Notes: generated by a model from the letters alone, not told the origin. Shown: positions 1 through 13,225, numbered from the stretch's first letter. The stretch: 64,000 bases of DNA from Octopus vulgaris (GCA_951406725.2 OX597829.1:22816001-22880000); one strand, 5' to 3'. Numbers and translations: made by a program.

Positions 1-39
1 AGTCAAATGACTGAAACAAGTAAAAAGAGAGTATATTTC

Positions 40-720
40 GACAAATTTGTTTTCCGATTTTCTAATAAGAATGTTAAATACATGTACGTTGGTTATATTT
101 TTGATTGAAAGAGTCCGTTGTTAATCCGTATAATTTTTTTATGGTTACCCAAATTTATACATTTCAAATATATTTGGACAGTTTTGTTTCCTACTTTCTA
201 ACCAGAATTTAAAGCGTATATGTGTTGGTTATATCTTGGTTTGAAAGTGTTCCCCGTTAATCATGCATAAATGTTTATAGTTGATCCATTGTATGTTGAT
301 ATATTTGCCAGATATAGAGTGGAACTGACTAAGCAATTGCTATTTAAGGGATGTTATATTACTTTGATTCCGTTGTTCAGTTATCTTTAAATGTAAAGGA
401 GACACATTTTTTAATGCTCGTTAAGATGAAGAAAAATTCTCTGTAGCAGGCGAATAACTTTATCTAATTTTGGTTGCAGAATTTCTTTCAGGACGTATAT
501 GCTTTGGAGGAAATATTCTACAGATTCTTCTATATTTATTGAAATAATTCTCAAGAAGAATTACTTTACTTAAACACCATGGTGAGCAGCTTTGAACTTC
601 AAGATACAATGTCTCCATTTCATTTTGAAAATGGGTACTCAAACACATATCCTTAAATATGATAATCATGTTTGCTGGCTTCGCAAACACACAAGTGAAT
701 GTCTACAATTCCAAGAGACT
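40..720 (-). pseudogene. Decayed Penelope-like element fragment (thumb/linker and GIY-YIG endonuclease), possibly Naiad-like
   Basis: The minus strand reads PLNSNCLVSSTLYLANIST...IYA*LTGNTFKPRYNQH, matching the PLE motif CPLxGxCL...IY...YIGxTxxxFKxRYxxH. It is preceded by RIFPPKH. Several stops and frameshifts. Confidence 0.65.
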
Positions 721-1102
721 GATTAGACGAAAGTAAATAATATATCATTTATTGCTACTATGGTATAAAGTACGCGTTCTTTTGACAGTAAAAACTAAAC
801 GTGTCTGTATGTATGTATGTATGTATGTGTGTAAGCATACATATATACATGCACGCATACGCACATACGTACATACATACTTGTATACATACGTACATAC
901 ATACATAAAGTTGATGTTCCATATGCGTGTTTCAGCATGATTGCGAAGAGATGCCAGACATGATGGGGGTAAGCACACAGACCCGCTTCATGCCGCAGTA
1001 TATATTGTATGCCTCCGAAGAACAAACATCAACATTGAACGATGCCATACGGGAAAAAAAACGTACTTCTTAATTTTCTCTATATACATATATTATTATC
1101 AT

Positions 1103-1645
1103 TGAGTGAGAGAGCAGTGCATGCCATCAAAGTTACACTGGGGTAAAATATACGAAGCCCACATACGAAACCCTGATAAGGGTACACCAGGCACAAGCAT
1201 CACAGCCATATGTGCGCGACATCGTGATCTCATGTCAAGATAAATAACTCATGACTTGCAGGTGGGGTCCAGTTAGAATTTTCTTCAGGTCGAGTAGCCC
1301 ATCCTGCTCAAAAGGTCTCTGAATAAGGATTGTTTAAGAATATTGAACGAAACACCCATGTTTCCAGAGGTGAATTATTCAAACCCTAAAGATTTTCTAT
1401 CAACACATGGCTATGATGCTTCCCCACTACTTCTGCTCGTGGTCAGAGATGCACATATCGTCAGCCACCAAGGGACATGCTCAACTGGTTAAGGTCAAAC
1501 AACTGAGAAGCAAATCTGTGGTATCAAGCAGAATATTTACTGTATCCCATCTTTTATACCAAGACAAAACAATGTACATGATAACACTTCCAATCAGTTA
1601 ATATCAGAAGCCATGAAAGCCACTGTCTGGTACTGCATCAGGGCA
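1103..1645. mobile_element. Unclassified ~540 bp interspersed repeat (family C), copy 1
   Basis: Runs from TGAGTGAGAGAGCAGTGCATGCCATCAAAG to TACTGCATCAGGGCA. Homologous copies at 9183-9706 and, inverted, at 17452-17932. Abuts (ATT)n. Confidence 0.8.
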
Positions 1646-1696
1646 TTATTATTATTATTATTATTATTATTGTCGTCGTCGTCGTCGTCGTCGTCA

Positions 1697-1882
1697 TTAG
1701 CGCACCGGACGAAATGCTTAACGGTATTTCGCCCGTCGCTACGTTCTGAGTTCAAATACCGCCGAGGTCGAATTTACCTTTCGTCGTTTCGGGGTCGATA
1801 AATTAAGTACCAGCTGACCACTGGCCTCGATGTAATCGACCCATCCCCACCAAAATTGCTGTCCTTGGGGCAAAATTTGAAA
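1697..1882 (+). mobile_element. tRNA-derived SINE, family B (partial)
   Basis: Contains GTTCTGAGTTCAAAT (B-box-like) and the body CCGAGGTCGA...TTTCGGGGTCGATAAATTAAGTACCAG, which recurs in many copies (8677, 9715, 11370-11580 minus, 16557, 20330-20700 minus, 23200-23602 minus, 27350-27917 minus). Confidence 0.75.
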
Positions 1883-1989
1883 CTGTTATTATTATTGTTG
1901 CTGTTGTTATTATTGTTGTTGTTGTCGTCGTCGTCGTCGTCGTCGTTGTCGTCGTCATTAATATTATTATCTCTTTACATAGACGATTG

Positions 1990-2985
1990 TGCACTTGACA
2001 CACTCATTCTTGAGGACATGATTCTAAAACAACTTTTCGCATGCATTGAAGGCTTTTGGCCTGACCATCAGCATCAAGAAAACTGCGCTTGTCCATCAGT
2101 CCATTCGTGACCATCTTCCCACTGTTGTCCCTACTGTATATGTTGATGGGAAAGCATTAAAAACTGTTTCTTCCTTCACTTATCTTGGTTCCATTGTGTC
2201 CAATGATGCTAAGATTGATTAACAAATTGATTCCAGAATTGGGAAGGCTAGCTCCACTTTCGGCAAGCTTTATCACAGGCTTTGAAACAGCCACGACGTA
2301 TCGCCTTGACAACATTGCTTTATGGTGCTCAATCTTGGATTCTGTAGCGAAAACACATCAACAAGCTCGACACTTTACATATGTAATGCTTGTGTATTAT
2401 CTCCAACATAAAACTGAGTGGCCATATTCGTAACAGTGAGGTACTAACAAAATGCAACATATCAGGTGTTGAAGCCATCCTCATCAAAATACATCTTAGA
2501 CGGTCAGATCAACTCTCATGCATGAGAATCTGGAGCAACTTCTCTTTGGCCAATTCTCAACAGGAGGATCAGTTGGAAGGTCACTCTTATGCTTCAAAGA
2601 CAAATTAAAAGACAACCTGAAATGATGCAACATTCCCTTTTCTTTCTGGGAAAACAAAGCATCAGAACACAAGACCTGGCACCAGTCTTGCTTCTCCTCA
2701 GTTCAGATTTGAGCAAAGTCGACTCCAAAATAGGGACCAACTTCATGCAAGCATGAAGTCACGCTGGCAAAATGCTGCTCCTCTGAATGGAAACCTTACC
2801 TATCATTGCGGTTTTGTATCACAAAGCAAAGCAGACTTTGCCCATCCACTGAAGAAAACACATAGTAAACGATCCAGAAGCACTCAAGCAAACTGAGTCC
2901 TCAACTTGTTCCATTTATCAAAAGGTTTGCAAGACACCAACAGGCCTCAAGAGACACATTCATATCCATAGAACATGATTAACAC
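1990..2985 (+). pseudogene. RTE-like LINE 3' fragment (RT C-terminal region plus C2H2-like tail)
   Basis: Reads VYVDGKALKTVSSFTYLGSIVSNDAKID*QIDSRIGKASSTFGKL, RNSEVLTKCNISGVEAILIK and terminal CSIYQKVCKTPTGLKRHIHIH. Frameshifted. Confidence 0.75.
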
Positions 2986-3074
2986 TTTATTTCACTGAAC
3001 ACTCATTTATCGATGTCTGCATTTGTGCGTATGTATATATGTGTATGTATGTATACACACACACACACACACAT

Positions 3075-3105
<31 letters not shown>

Positions 3106-3142
3106 CACACACACACAAATATACATCCATAAAAAATATACA

Positions 3143-3457
3143 GGTAAAGACCCCATTCAGTCATGAATGACCATGAGATTGCATCTAGAAAGTTCCACTC
3201 CGAGGCACACGTCCGGGCAAGGTTGTTTATAGAAGACCAGCTGTCACCCATGCATACTAGCCTCCACACCACTGAAGTTATCCAAGGGAAAAGCAAAGGC
3301 TGATACAACTTGGCACCTGTGACGTCACATCTCATCTCTAGAACTGAGAGCAACATGAAATAAAGTGTCTTGCTTAAGAACACAACACGCAGCCCGCTTC
3401 GGGAATCGAACTCACAACCGCATGGTGATAAGCTCTACGCTCTAACCTCTGAGCCAT
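3143..3457 (-). mobile_element. tRNA-derived SINE (family D head, tail variant)
   Basis: The minus strand starts TGGCTCAGAGGTTAGAGCG...GAGTTCGATTCCC (A/B boxes). A related copy lies at 58605-58920. Confidence 0.7.
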
Positions 3458-3510
3458 ATATACAGACAATAGATGAGAGCTATTAATACATATGTTCATT
3501 ATAGAACTCA

Positions 3511-3551
<41 letters not shown>

Positions 3552-3681
3552 CCCTGAGGAATTTGATCTAAAAGTCCGAATTCTTCATCCGTAGCAAGGC
3601 CCGCGGCGTCCAGAGTGAATGTAAAAGAAATCCTAGAGGTGCTGATTTGGAGATAATAAGGCAAATAAATACAAATTAAGG

Positions 3682-3684
<3 letters not shown>

Positions 3685-3763
<79 letters not shown>

Positions 3764-3895
3764 ACACACGCACACACATTCACACAACATTCATATATAT
3801 GTATATATATGTATATAAATGTATATATATATATATACATGTCTACACATATGTATGTGTATATATATATATATATACATATATGTATGTGTATG

Positions 3896-3942
<47 letters not shown>

Positions 3943-4552
3943 ATATATAAATATATATGTATGCATATGTGCGTGCGTACGTGTGTGTGTGTGTGTATAA
4001 TGTATACAAATACATATGAGAAAATATATACCTGTATTATATATATATGCGTATACACACATGCTCATACACGCAAACATGCAATATATATTTACATACC
4101 TGTAAACTCATATATGCATACACACACTAACATAATCATATATGGATATATGTATACGTGCATAAATACATATATATATATATATATATACAAACCTACA
4201 TACATACGCGCCTGCGTACATATATTCATATATACGTATAAGCATATATGTAGGTGTTCTCATACATATGCACATACATACGCATGTATGCGCTCACATT
4301 TTCATAGAACGAAATATACGCATAATCATAAAGGGAGAACCAGAAAAGTGGGGTGGGGTGGGGGGTAGTGGGGCCAGTGAGAGAGAGGGAAAAAGATGAT
4401 GTGTGTGTGTATGTGTGCATACATATATATTCATATATAAATATATATATATATATAAAATATATGTGTGTGTGTGTGTATAAGTATATATATATATATA
4501 TATGCATATATAAGTATGTATGTATATATATACATTTATATATATGTGTATA

Positions 4553-4589
<37 letters not shown>

Positions 4590-4600
4590 TATATGCATAC

Positions 4601-4637
<37 letters not shown>

Positions 4638-4980
4638 ACTATATGCATACCTATATATATATATATGTATGTATATGTATATGTATATATGTATATAACT
4701 ATGTATATACCTATATATATATATATATATACATACATATATAAGTGTATATATGCATATGTACCTACATGTGCATAAACATAGACATACATGGCATACA
4801 TATTTATGCATGTATATATATATATATGTATATATATATATACATATATATGCATCAACATACATATGCAAGCATGCGTATGCATACGCAACACGCACAC
4901 AAACACACATGCGTATACACACTTATATATATATATGTATGTATAAATACCACACACACACACGCACGCGCCTATGCACA

Positions 4981-5011
<31 letters not shown>

Positions 5012-5070
5012 GTATACATGCACACGTGCATACACAAGCGTACTCATACACACACACACACACACACACA
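3685..5070. repeat. Compound (CA)n/(TA)n/(TG)n microsatellite field
   Basis: Seen directly. It is the source of the [12 protein letters not shown] ORFs. Confidence 0.95.
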
Positions 5071-5389
5071 GACGAAAATCTCTTGCTACACCCAACGATG
5101 GCACAATATTGAAGAATTAGCGTTTTATTTGTAAAGCGTGATAAATGGATCTGAACCGAACATTTATGTAGCTTTGATCTCCGCGAAACTATTCATTCTA
5201 TACACAAAAACCAATATTGACCATCTATTGATCTACTACTGCACCAATATAGCTTCCATTGCAATGATTGAGCTTGATGGGTTTTCGAATCTATAGGAAC
5301 CTCGAATATACTATTAAGAAATTGTCTTTGAAGTTTCACAGGGAAATATTTTTTTAATACAAGATCAAAACTTGTTGTCTTCTTCAATT

Positions 5390-5757
5390 ATGTGTGTGTG
5401 TGTGTGTGTGTGCGAGCGTGTATATGTTTGTGTGTGTGTGTGTATATGTTTGTGTGTGTGTGTGTGTGTGTGTGTGCGAGCGTGTATGTGTTTGTGTGTG
5501 TGTGTATATGTTTGTGTGTGTGTGTGTGTGTGTGTGCGAGCGTGTATGTGTTTGTGTGCGTGTGTATATGTTTGTGTGTGTATATGTTTGTGTGTGTGTA
5601 TGTGTGTGTGTGTGAGTGCATTTTATTTTAGTGTGTGAGGGCATTTTATTTCAGTGTGTGTATGTATGCTTGCGTGTGTGTGTGTGTGTAACTGCATTTT
5701 GCTTCTGTATGTGTCTAAGCTTGCATCTGTGTGTGAGTGCATTTTATTTCAGTGTGC

Positions 5758-5788
<31 letters not shown>

Positions 5789-5828
5789 AGTATTTGCGTC
5801 TGTGTGTGTGTGTGAATGCATTTCCTTT

Positions 5829-5872
<44 letters not shown>

Positions 5873-5913
5873 TTGCGTCTGTGTGTGTGTGTGAATGCAT
5901 TTCCATTTCAGTG

Positions 5914-5946
<33 letters not shown>

Positions 5947-6190
5947 ATTTGCGTCTGTCTGTGTGTGTGAACGCATTTCCTTTCTGTGTGTGTGTGTGTA
6001 TTTGCGTCTGTGTGTGTGTGTGAATGCATTTCCTTTCAGTGTGTGTGTGTGTGTGTGTGTGTGCGTCTGTGTGTGTGTGTGTGTGTGTGTGTGTATGCTT
6101 GCGTCTGTGTGTGAGTGCATTTTATTTCAGTGTGCGCATGTGTGCGTGTGTGTATGTTTGCGTCTGAGTGAGTGTGTCAGTGTATTTTGT
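5390..6190. repeat. Higher-order (TG)n minisatellite with recurring spacers
   Basis: TG tracts are separated by repeated GCATTTTATTTCAG, GAATGCATTTCCTTTCAG, TATTTGCGTCT and GCGAGCGTGTAT spacers. Confidence 0.85.
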
Positions 6191-6569
6191 TACAAGTAGC
6201 TTTGATGTGTGACAGTGCCCGCCCGCCCGCACATACACATACACATACAAACGCACAAGCACACAAACGCGCGCAGACGCACGTACAGACATATGGTGCG
6301 CGTGCGCGCGCTCGTATACTTACATTGATTATTAAATGCACACACGTACTTGCACACATATATATCTGAATATATGTACACACACACACACACACACACA
6401 CATACACACACACACATATATATAAACGCATGTGTGGCTGAGTGGTAAGAAGTTTGTTTCCCAACCACTTGGTTCCGTGTTCAGTTCCACTACTGCTATA
6501 ATCTGTGGCTGTGCAAAGCTTTGAGAGGATTTGGCAGGCGGAAAGTGATAGAAGCGTGCCGTATATAAT

Positions 6570-6629
<60 letters not shown>

Positions 6630-6664
6630 TACACACACACAGATATGTGTGTGTGTGTGTGTGT

Positions 6665-6873
6665 GTGACTGCGTGTGTACCGTTGGTGATTTTTTTTCTT
6701 CAGTCTTCCCTTCCTTGGATCTTTCCTCTTCCTATGTTTCTGACGAAGAGCTCCGCTCGAAACGTTAAATCCTCCTTCTTTCTTTCCTTTCCTGAGCGTC
6801 CAATAATACTATACTTGTTCCACGTCTTCGCGTTGTTGTGTTTTCTCTTTGTGTTTTCATGTTTGGATTAACT
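6665..6873 (+). mobile_element. Non-autonomous PLE pLTR-like unit with hammerhead motif (HHR family a)
   Basis: A ~210 bp unit between microsatellites. Homologues at 14804-15009 (-), 15408-15604 (+, diverged), 60925-61120 (-) and 61178-61266 (-, partial). Confidence 0.8.
6736..6770 (+). ncRNA. Minimal type I hammerhead ribozyme motif
   Basis: GTTT-CTGACGA-A-GAGC-TCC-GCTC-GAAA-CGTT-AAAT: canonical CUGANGA and GAAA cores, 4-bp stem II, palindromic AACGTT in place of stem III. Confidence 0.75.
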
Positions 6874-6876
6874 CTA

Positions 6877-6938
<62 letters not shown>

Positions 6939-7299
6939 GAGGGAGAGAGAGAGATGGATGTACCAATATGTGTGTCTTTGTTTTCTTGTTTATCCTCCAA
7001 CCACCGCTTGACAACCGGTGTCGGCTTGTTTTGTCCCCGTAACTTAGCTTTTCGGTTAAAGAATCCGACAGAATAAATAGCAGACTTTATAAAAACCAAA
7101 AACAAAACAAAAAAATAAGAGAAAAAGAACAATGTAAGTACATTGCGTTGAATCGTTCGTCAAAAATTCTCTAAGGTGGTGCCACAGCATGGCCGTAATC
7201 TAATGATTGAAACAAGTAAAAGATAAACGAAAAAGATATACACACACACGCATTTTTACACGCGCGTGCACACTCACATACACACGTCATGTGCAGTCT

Positions 7300-7705
7300 T
7301 TTACTTTTTTTCAGTCATTTGACTGCGGTCATGCTGGAGCACCGCCTTTAGTCGAGCAAATCAACCCCAGGACTTATTCTTTGTAAGCGTAGTACTTATT
7401 CTATTGGGTCTCTTTTTGTTAAACCGCTAAGTTACGGGGACGTAAACACACCAGCATCGGTTGTCAAGCGATGTTGGGGGGGGGGTGACAAACACACACA
7501 CACACACACACACCATCGCTTACACACACACACGCATATATACGACAGGCTTCTTTCAGTTTCTGTGTACCAAATCCACTCACAAGGCTTTGGTCGACCT
7601 CAGGCTATAGTAGAAGACACTTGCTCAAGGTGCCACGCAGTGGGAATGGACCCGGAACCATGTGGTTGGTAAGCAAGCTACTTACCACACAGCCACTCCT
7701 GGGCC
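7300..7705 (-). mobile_element. tRNA-derived SINE family A, near full length
   Basis: Reverse complement of AGGAGTGGCTGTGTGGTAAGTAGCTTGC...GGTTCCGGGT...CCTTG(G)GCAAGTGTC...CCAGCATGGCCGCAGTCAAATGACTGAAA. Confidence 0.85.
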
Positions 7706-7957
7706 TGTATGTGCATCTTTGTAGATGTGTATAATTGTATTATAAGTGAACAGTTTGCCTTTGTATTATATGTAATGTACATGTGTTATGAATACGCGCT
7801 GTGTATACGAGGAATGTATACATTATGTGTTTGTGTAAGATCTGTATATGTTCTGTTGGTGTTGATTGAATGTGCGTTTGTATGATGTCTGCGTTACAGT
7901 GACGTGTGTAGAGTGCGGGGCAGGGTAGAGAATTTATCGACTTCGAACATGGCCGTC

Positions 7958-8190
<233 letters not shown>

Positions 8191-8324
8191 ATATATGTAT
8201 GCATGTATGAGAATGCATACACTCCTACCGACCCCACCACACACACACACACATATACATACATACATACATATATACACATGCTTGTATGGCTATTTAT
8301 AAGGTTTGTTTGCGTGTGTCTGTC

Positions 8325-8415
<91 letters not shown>

Positions 8416-8676
8416 GTGTGTGTCGCGCGCGCGAGTATGTAAATATTGGAGCGACCTTGTGATATTGGTTCCGCATCAGCAGATGATTTCAAACGAACTT
8501 AAATCACTTTCCTGGCATCTCTGACCAATGTTCTAGTCAGGTCATAATTACACAAGTTGGATCATAATTCCCTGTACTCACTTAATTGACAACATCAATA
8601 ATCAATAATCAATAATTAACGACCTAATTTCACGGGTCACTGATTCATTAGTGTACTGCTCTCAATAATGAAAATA

Positions 8677-9153
<477 letters not shown>

Positions 9154-9182
9154 GTTGTTGTTGTTGTTGTTGTTAATATTAT

Positions 9183-9706
9183 TGAGTGAGAGAGTACTGC
9201 ATGCCATCAAAGTGACACTGGGGTAAAATATACGAAGCTCAGTATACCCGTCTGATAACGATGCACCAGGCATATGCATCATAAGCATATGTGCACGACA
9301 TGGTTATCTTATATCAAGATAAGCAACACACGATCTTGCAAGTGGGGCCCAGTTAGAATTTTCTTCTGGTCGAGTAACCCATCCCGCCCAAAAGGTCGCT
9401 GAATAAAGGTTGTTTAATGATGTTGAACAAAACACCCATGTTTCCAAAGGTGAATTATCCAAACTCCAAAAGATTCCTCTCAACACATGGCTTCTGCTCG
9501 TGATCAAAGATGCACATATCATCAGCCACTAAGGGACAAGTTCAACTAGTTAAGGTCAAACAACTGACAAGGAAATCTGTGGTATTGAGCAGAATATTTG
9601 CTGTAGCCCATCTTTTATACCAAGACAAAACAATGTACATGATAACACTTCCAATCAGTTAAGACCAGAAGCCATGAGAACCACTGCCTGGTACTGCATC
9701 AGGGCA
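9183..9706. mobile_element. Family C repeat, copy 2
   Basis: Colinear with 1103-1645. Confidence 0.8.
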
Positions 9707-10031
9707 GTTATAAAATGCTTTGCGTCATTTCGTCCATCTTTACATTCTGAGTTCAAATTCAGCCGAGGTCGGCTTTCCCTTTCATGCTTTGGGAGTTGAT
9801 GAAATCAGTACCATTTGATCACTGGCGTCGATGTAATGAACTTAATCCCTCTCCACGATATTGTTGGCCTCGTGCCTAAATTTGAAACCAATATTAAAGG
9901 CTGCAAGCTGGCAGAATCGTTAGCACACCGTGTAAAATACTGTGGCGTTTTGTCCATCTTTACGTTCTGTGTTCAAATTCCACCTAGGTCGATTTTACCT
10001 CTCATCTTTTCGGGGTCGATAAAAACAAGTA

Positions 10032-10548
10032 CCGTAAATCCTCGAGTATAGTCCGCCCTTGAGTATAATACGCAGGGGATTTTTAGGGGGCTGTACTTCT
10101 GAAAAATCTAAACCTTGTGTATAATACGCACTCCTCTAACTTGAATCGTGCGTAATTAAGCCAGCAGCACCTAGTCGAACAAACATTTCCGCGCATGCGT
10201 AATACAATAATGGTGGTGTTCTTAACTGTTATAGGGGAATGTAAATATGTTTGCAAATTGTTTTTGTTACATGTTATTCTGTGTTCTGAATAGTTTTATT
10301 TTAATAAATGTTGCTTACTGCAAGTTATGGATGATTCTTTTATGACTTCATTGCTTTCAGGCTTAGCTTAAGGTATTTTCGCATCCGACATCACAAAATA
10401 CGTCTGAATAAACATTGCTGGACAGCAAATAGAGACTCGGATATTGCTTAGAAAATATTTTTCATTTTTTAGCCTCGTATATAGTACGCACTAGGAATTT
10501 TGACCTTTAAATTTTGGGGGAAAAGCGGTTATACACGAGGATTTACGG
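10032..10548. mobile_element. Tc1/mariner-superfamily MITE (Tc2/pogo-like ends)
   Basis: TIRs CCGTAAATCCTCGAGTATA / TATACACGAGGATTTACGG (1 mismatch), TA on both sides, subterminal GTATAATACGCA-like repeats. Inserted into a family B SINE. Confidence 0.85.
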
Positions 10549-12037
10549 TACCCGAAATTTGCGCCAAATGTGAAACCAATAACAATAACTGGGCCCAATT
10601 GGCTCAAGATGCTGTAAAACAATTTATAACAACCCATCGCATAACAACAACAACATAAGCAACGGCTGTTTCATTTTTTTGGTTCAAGGCCTGTCATTTT
10701 ACAAGTGGAAAGAGTTAGTCGATTACATTGACCCCTGTACTTTACTGGTACCTCATATTTATAGACCCCGGAATGATGAAAAGCAAAGTCGACCTCGACG
10801 AGATTTGAACTTAGTATGTAAAGACCCAAAAGAAATAATGCTTAACATTTTTCCCGACGCGCCAAGAAATTTTAGGGGAACGGATAAGTAGATTACATCG
10901 ATCCTTGTACTTTACTGGTGGTACTTTACTTTATTGAGCCCGAAAGAATGAAACCCATTCTGGATTATCGTGATACACCGAAAGCCAATGTCATCTCTTC
11001 GTTCGTACTCTTAGTTCACAGTTGTATTGTTATTGTCGGTTCAATACTCACTCACATTCACCTTTCAAAAACATAAAATAGGCTTTTCTAACTATATCGA
11101 TTCCTGTTGTGTTCTACGCTATTGCAATAACACCGTCTGCATATGTTGACACAATCTTCCATTGCCCTGTTTCGAACGAGATATACTTTAAAATTTCCGT
11201 CCCCTGCGACAATGGGGTCGGAAATATGATCTGTCTGAGAAAAGCGACAGAATATAGGGCTCTTATATGGTCAGATATTTGCTGTGGCAAGGCACGACTG
11301 CGAAGTGGTAGTACAACACCAAAACAATGTTAGCAGTACCCAATTCTACCAAACCTTTCAGGAACCTATTTCTTTACTACCCACAAGGGGCTAAACACAG
11401 AGGGGACAAACAAGGACAGACAAAGGGATTAAGTCGATTACATCGACCCCAGTGCGTAACTGGTTCTTAATTTATCGACCCCGAAAGGATGAAAGGCAAA
11501 GTTGACCTCGGCGGAATTTGAACTCAGAACGTAACGGCAGACGAAATACGACTACGCATTTCGCCCGGCGTGCTAACGTTTTTTTTGTATTTGTATTTTT
11601 ACCAGCTGGACATCGAACCAAGCCTTGAGCAACTTAACCGGACGGAAGCCACTTAACATCATGCATTACCCCCACTAGATGTCATGATTTAAATCCTTCG
11701 TCTTGTACCAGTTAATGCGTGTTCCGCTGCCACGGCGGCTCCTGTACTTACGTGCCGACCATTTCAATTTTTTTGTATTCTCAGGCGTGACTGAGAGCTT
11801 TCAGAACAGAGCTTTTCTTCTTTGGCGAAGCAATCGACGACTAAAATGGGTTTGTTTAGAATATACGATTCTAAACACGAAGCAAAAAATTGAGAGGACG
11901 CTTTATCTTTAACGTGTTTCAAGGAATTGCTCTAATTTTTTCCCCCTTTTAGAGGTCATCTTTTGTTAACAGGTAATTGTTATTTGTGAGTTTTGTTGGT
12001 TTAATCCATCTTTTTACTCGATATTATGTTTCATACC

Positions 12038-12365
12038 GTGAAGGCGCGTGGCTTAGTGGTTAGGGGCATTCAGCTCATGATCGTAAGGTCGTGAGTTCAA
12101 TTCCCGGCGGCGAGTTGTGTCCTTGAGCAAGACATTTTATTCCACGTTGCTCCAGTCCACTCAGCTGGCAAAAATGAGTAGTACCTGTATTTCAAAGGGC
12201 CAGCCTTGTCACACACTGTATGACGCTGAATCTTCTCGAGAACTACGTTAAGGGTACACGTGTCTGTGGAGTGCTCAGCCACTTACACGTTAATTTCACG
12301 AGCAAGCTGTTCCGTTGATCGTATCAGCTGGGACCCTCGTCGTCGAAACCGACGGAGTGCTCCTT
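12038..12365 (+). mobile_element. tRNA-derived SINE family D
   Basis: Head GGCGCGTGGCTTAGTGGTTAGG...GTGAGTTCAATTCCC. Its tail CCCTCGTCGTCGAAACCGACGGAG is shared with 21451-21779 and 59828-60213. Confidence 0.8.
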
Positions 12366-12970
12366 TTCATACCTGCCAACTAAAAATCGTTGTAGTTGTA
12401 GTTTCGAAGAGTAAAGACAAATTGTGAAGAATATGTTGCAAGTGGAAGTTGACAACAGTCTCAACTAACTCCCCCACCCCGCCCACACACTAAATTTTAT
12501 TGACATCAAAGAAAAAGTATCATTTTTTCTTTCATTCTTTAAAAAATTAAAAATTCTACAAAATATCTTCACTGTAGCTAAATGCCTGCGATGTTTGCTT
12601 CAAAAGAAAAGAATAAGCAGAAATGCATTTTTTTCTTTCAGTATTTTTATTTTTTCTATTTCTTTCAGAAAGCATCACAAAACAAGAAAACGGTTTGCTG
12701 TGAGTAAAGCCTCGCTTCGTCCCACAACACATTGCAATTCTCGTGTATTTGTGAAGCCTAAACTTACTCGTTAACCTTTATGCAGATCATATGCTATTAC
12801 TTACTGCACGCTATCATCAGTTCTGTTATACTCCGAGCATTAGTTAAATGGACAAAATGTTTATTGAAGGAGTTGGTGTTTTGCTTTTTGGTTCCAAAGT
12901 CAGTCACATTCTACCAGGATTATGATTTCAACTATTCCAGACGATCAAAACTCGTGACAAAAGGGTGACA

Positions 12971-13038
12971 AGAAGAAGGTTGGAGGGTATATCAGCCGAA
13001 ACGTTAACAACAAACAAGATGACAAATATCCGTCGAAT
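12971..13038 (+). mobile_element. Truncated copy of the HHR tail of the tRNA-headed element (HHR family d)
   Basis: AGAAGAAGGTTGGAGGGTATATCAGCCGAAACGTTAACAACAAACAAGATGACAAATATCCGTCGAAT matches the reverse complement of 13803-13875. Confidence 0.75.
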
Positions 13039-13145
13039 ATACCTTCAAAAAGATAGCGGATAATTTAAACAAAATTTGACTGCTATTTACAGCTGATTGA
13101 TGAAACACGTATAGAACAGAAGTTGTGAAAGAGTAGCGAAAATTG

Positions 13146-13225
<80 letters not shown>

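Larger units (their letters stand above)
6425..7235 (+). mobile_element. tRNA-derived SINE family A with internal microsatellite, interrupted by an HHR unit
   Basis: Head TGTGGCTGAGTGGTAAG...GTTCAGTTCC, then internal (TA)n(TG)n, then tail CAGCATGGCCG...GAAACAAGTAAAAGA. Confidence 0.75.

Noticed and set aside
3676-6200. Numerous ORFs rich in YI, HT and CV repeats (also across 14500-14900, 29000-31200, 38100-38630, 48850-49900 and 61700-63960)
   Set aside because: These are translations of di- and tetranucleotide microsatellites that lack stop codons. No coding complexity.
10950-12030. Non-repeat-looking sequence with short ORFs (11109-11333, 11703-11912)
   Set aside because: No recognisable domain, splice pattern or termini. 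Left unannotated.
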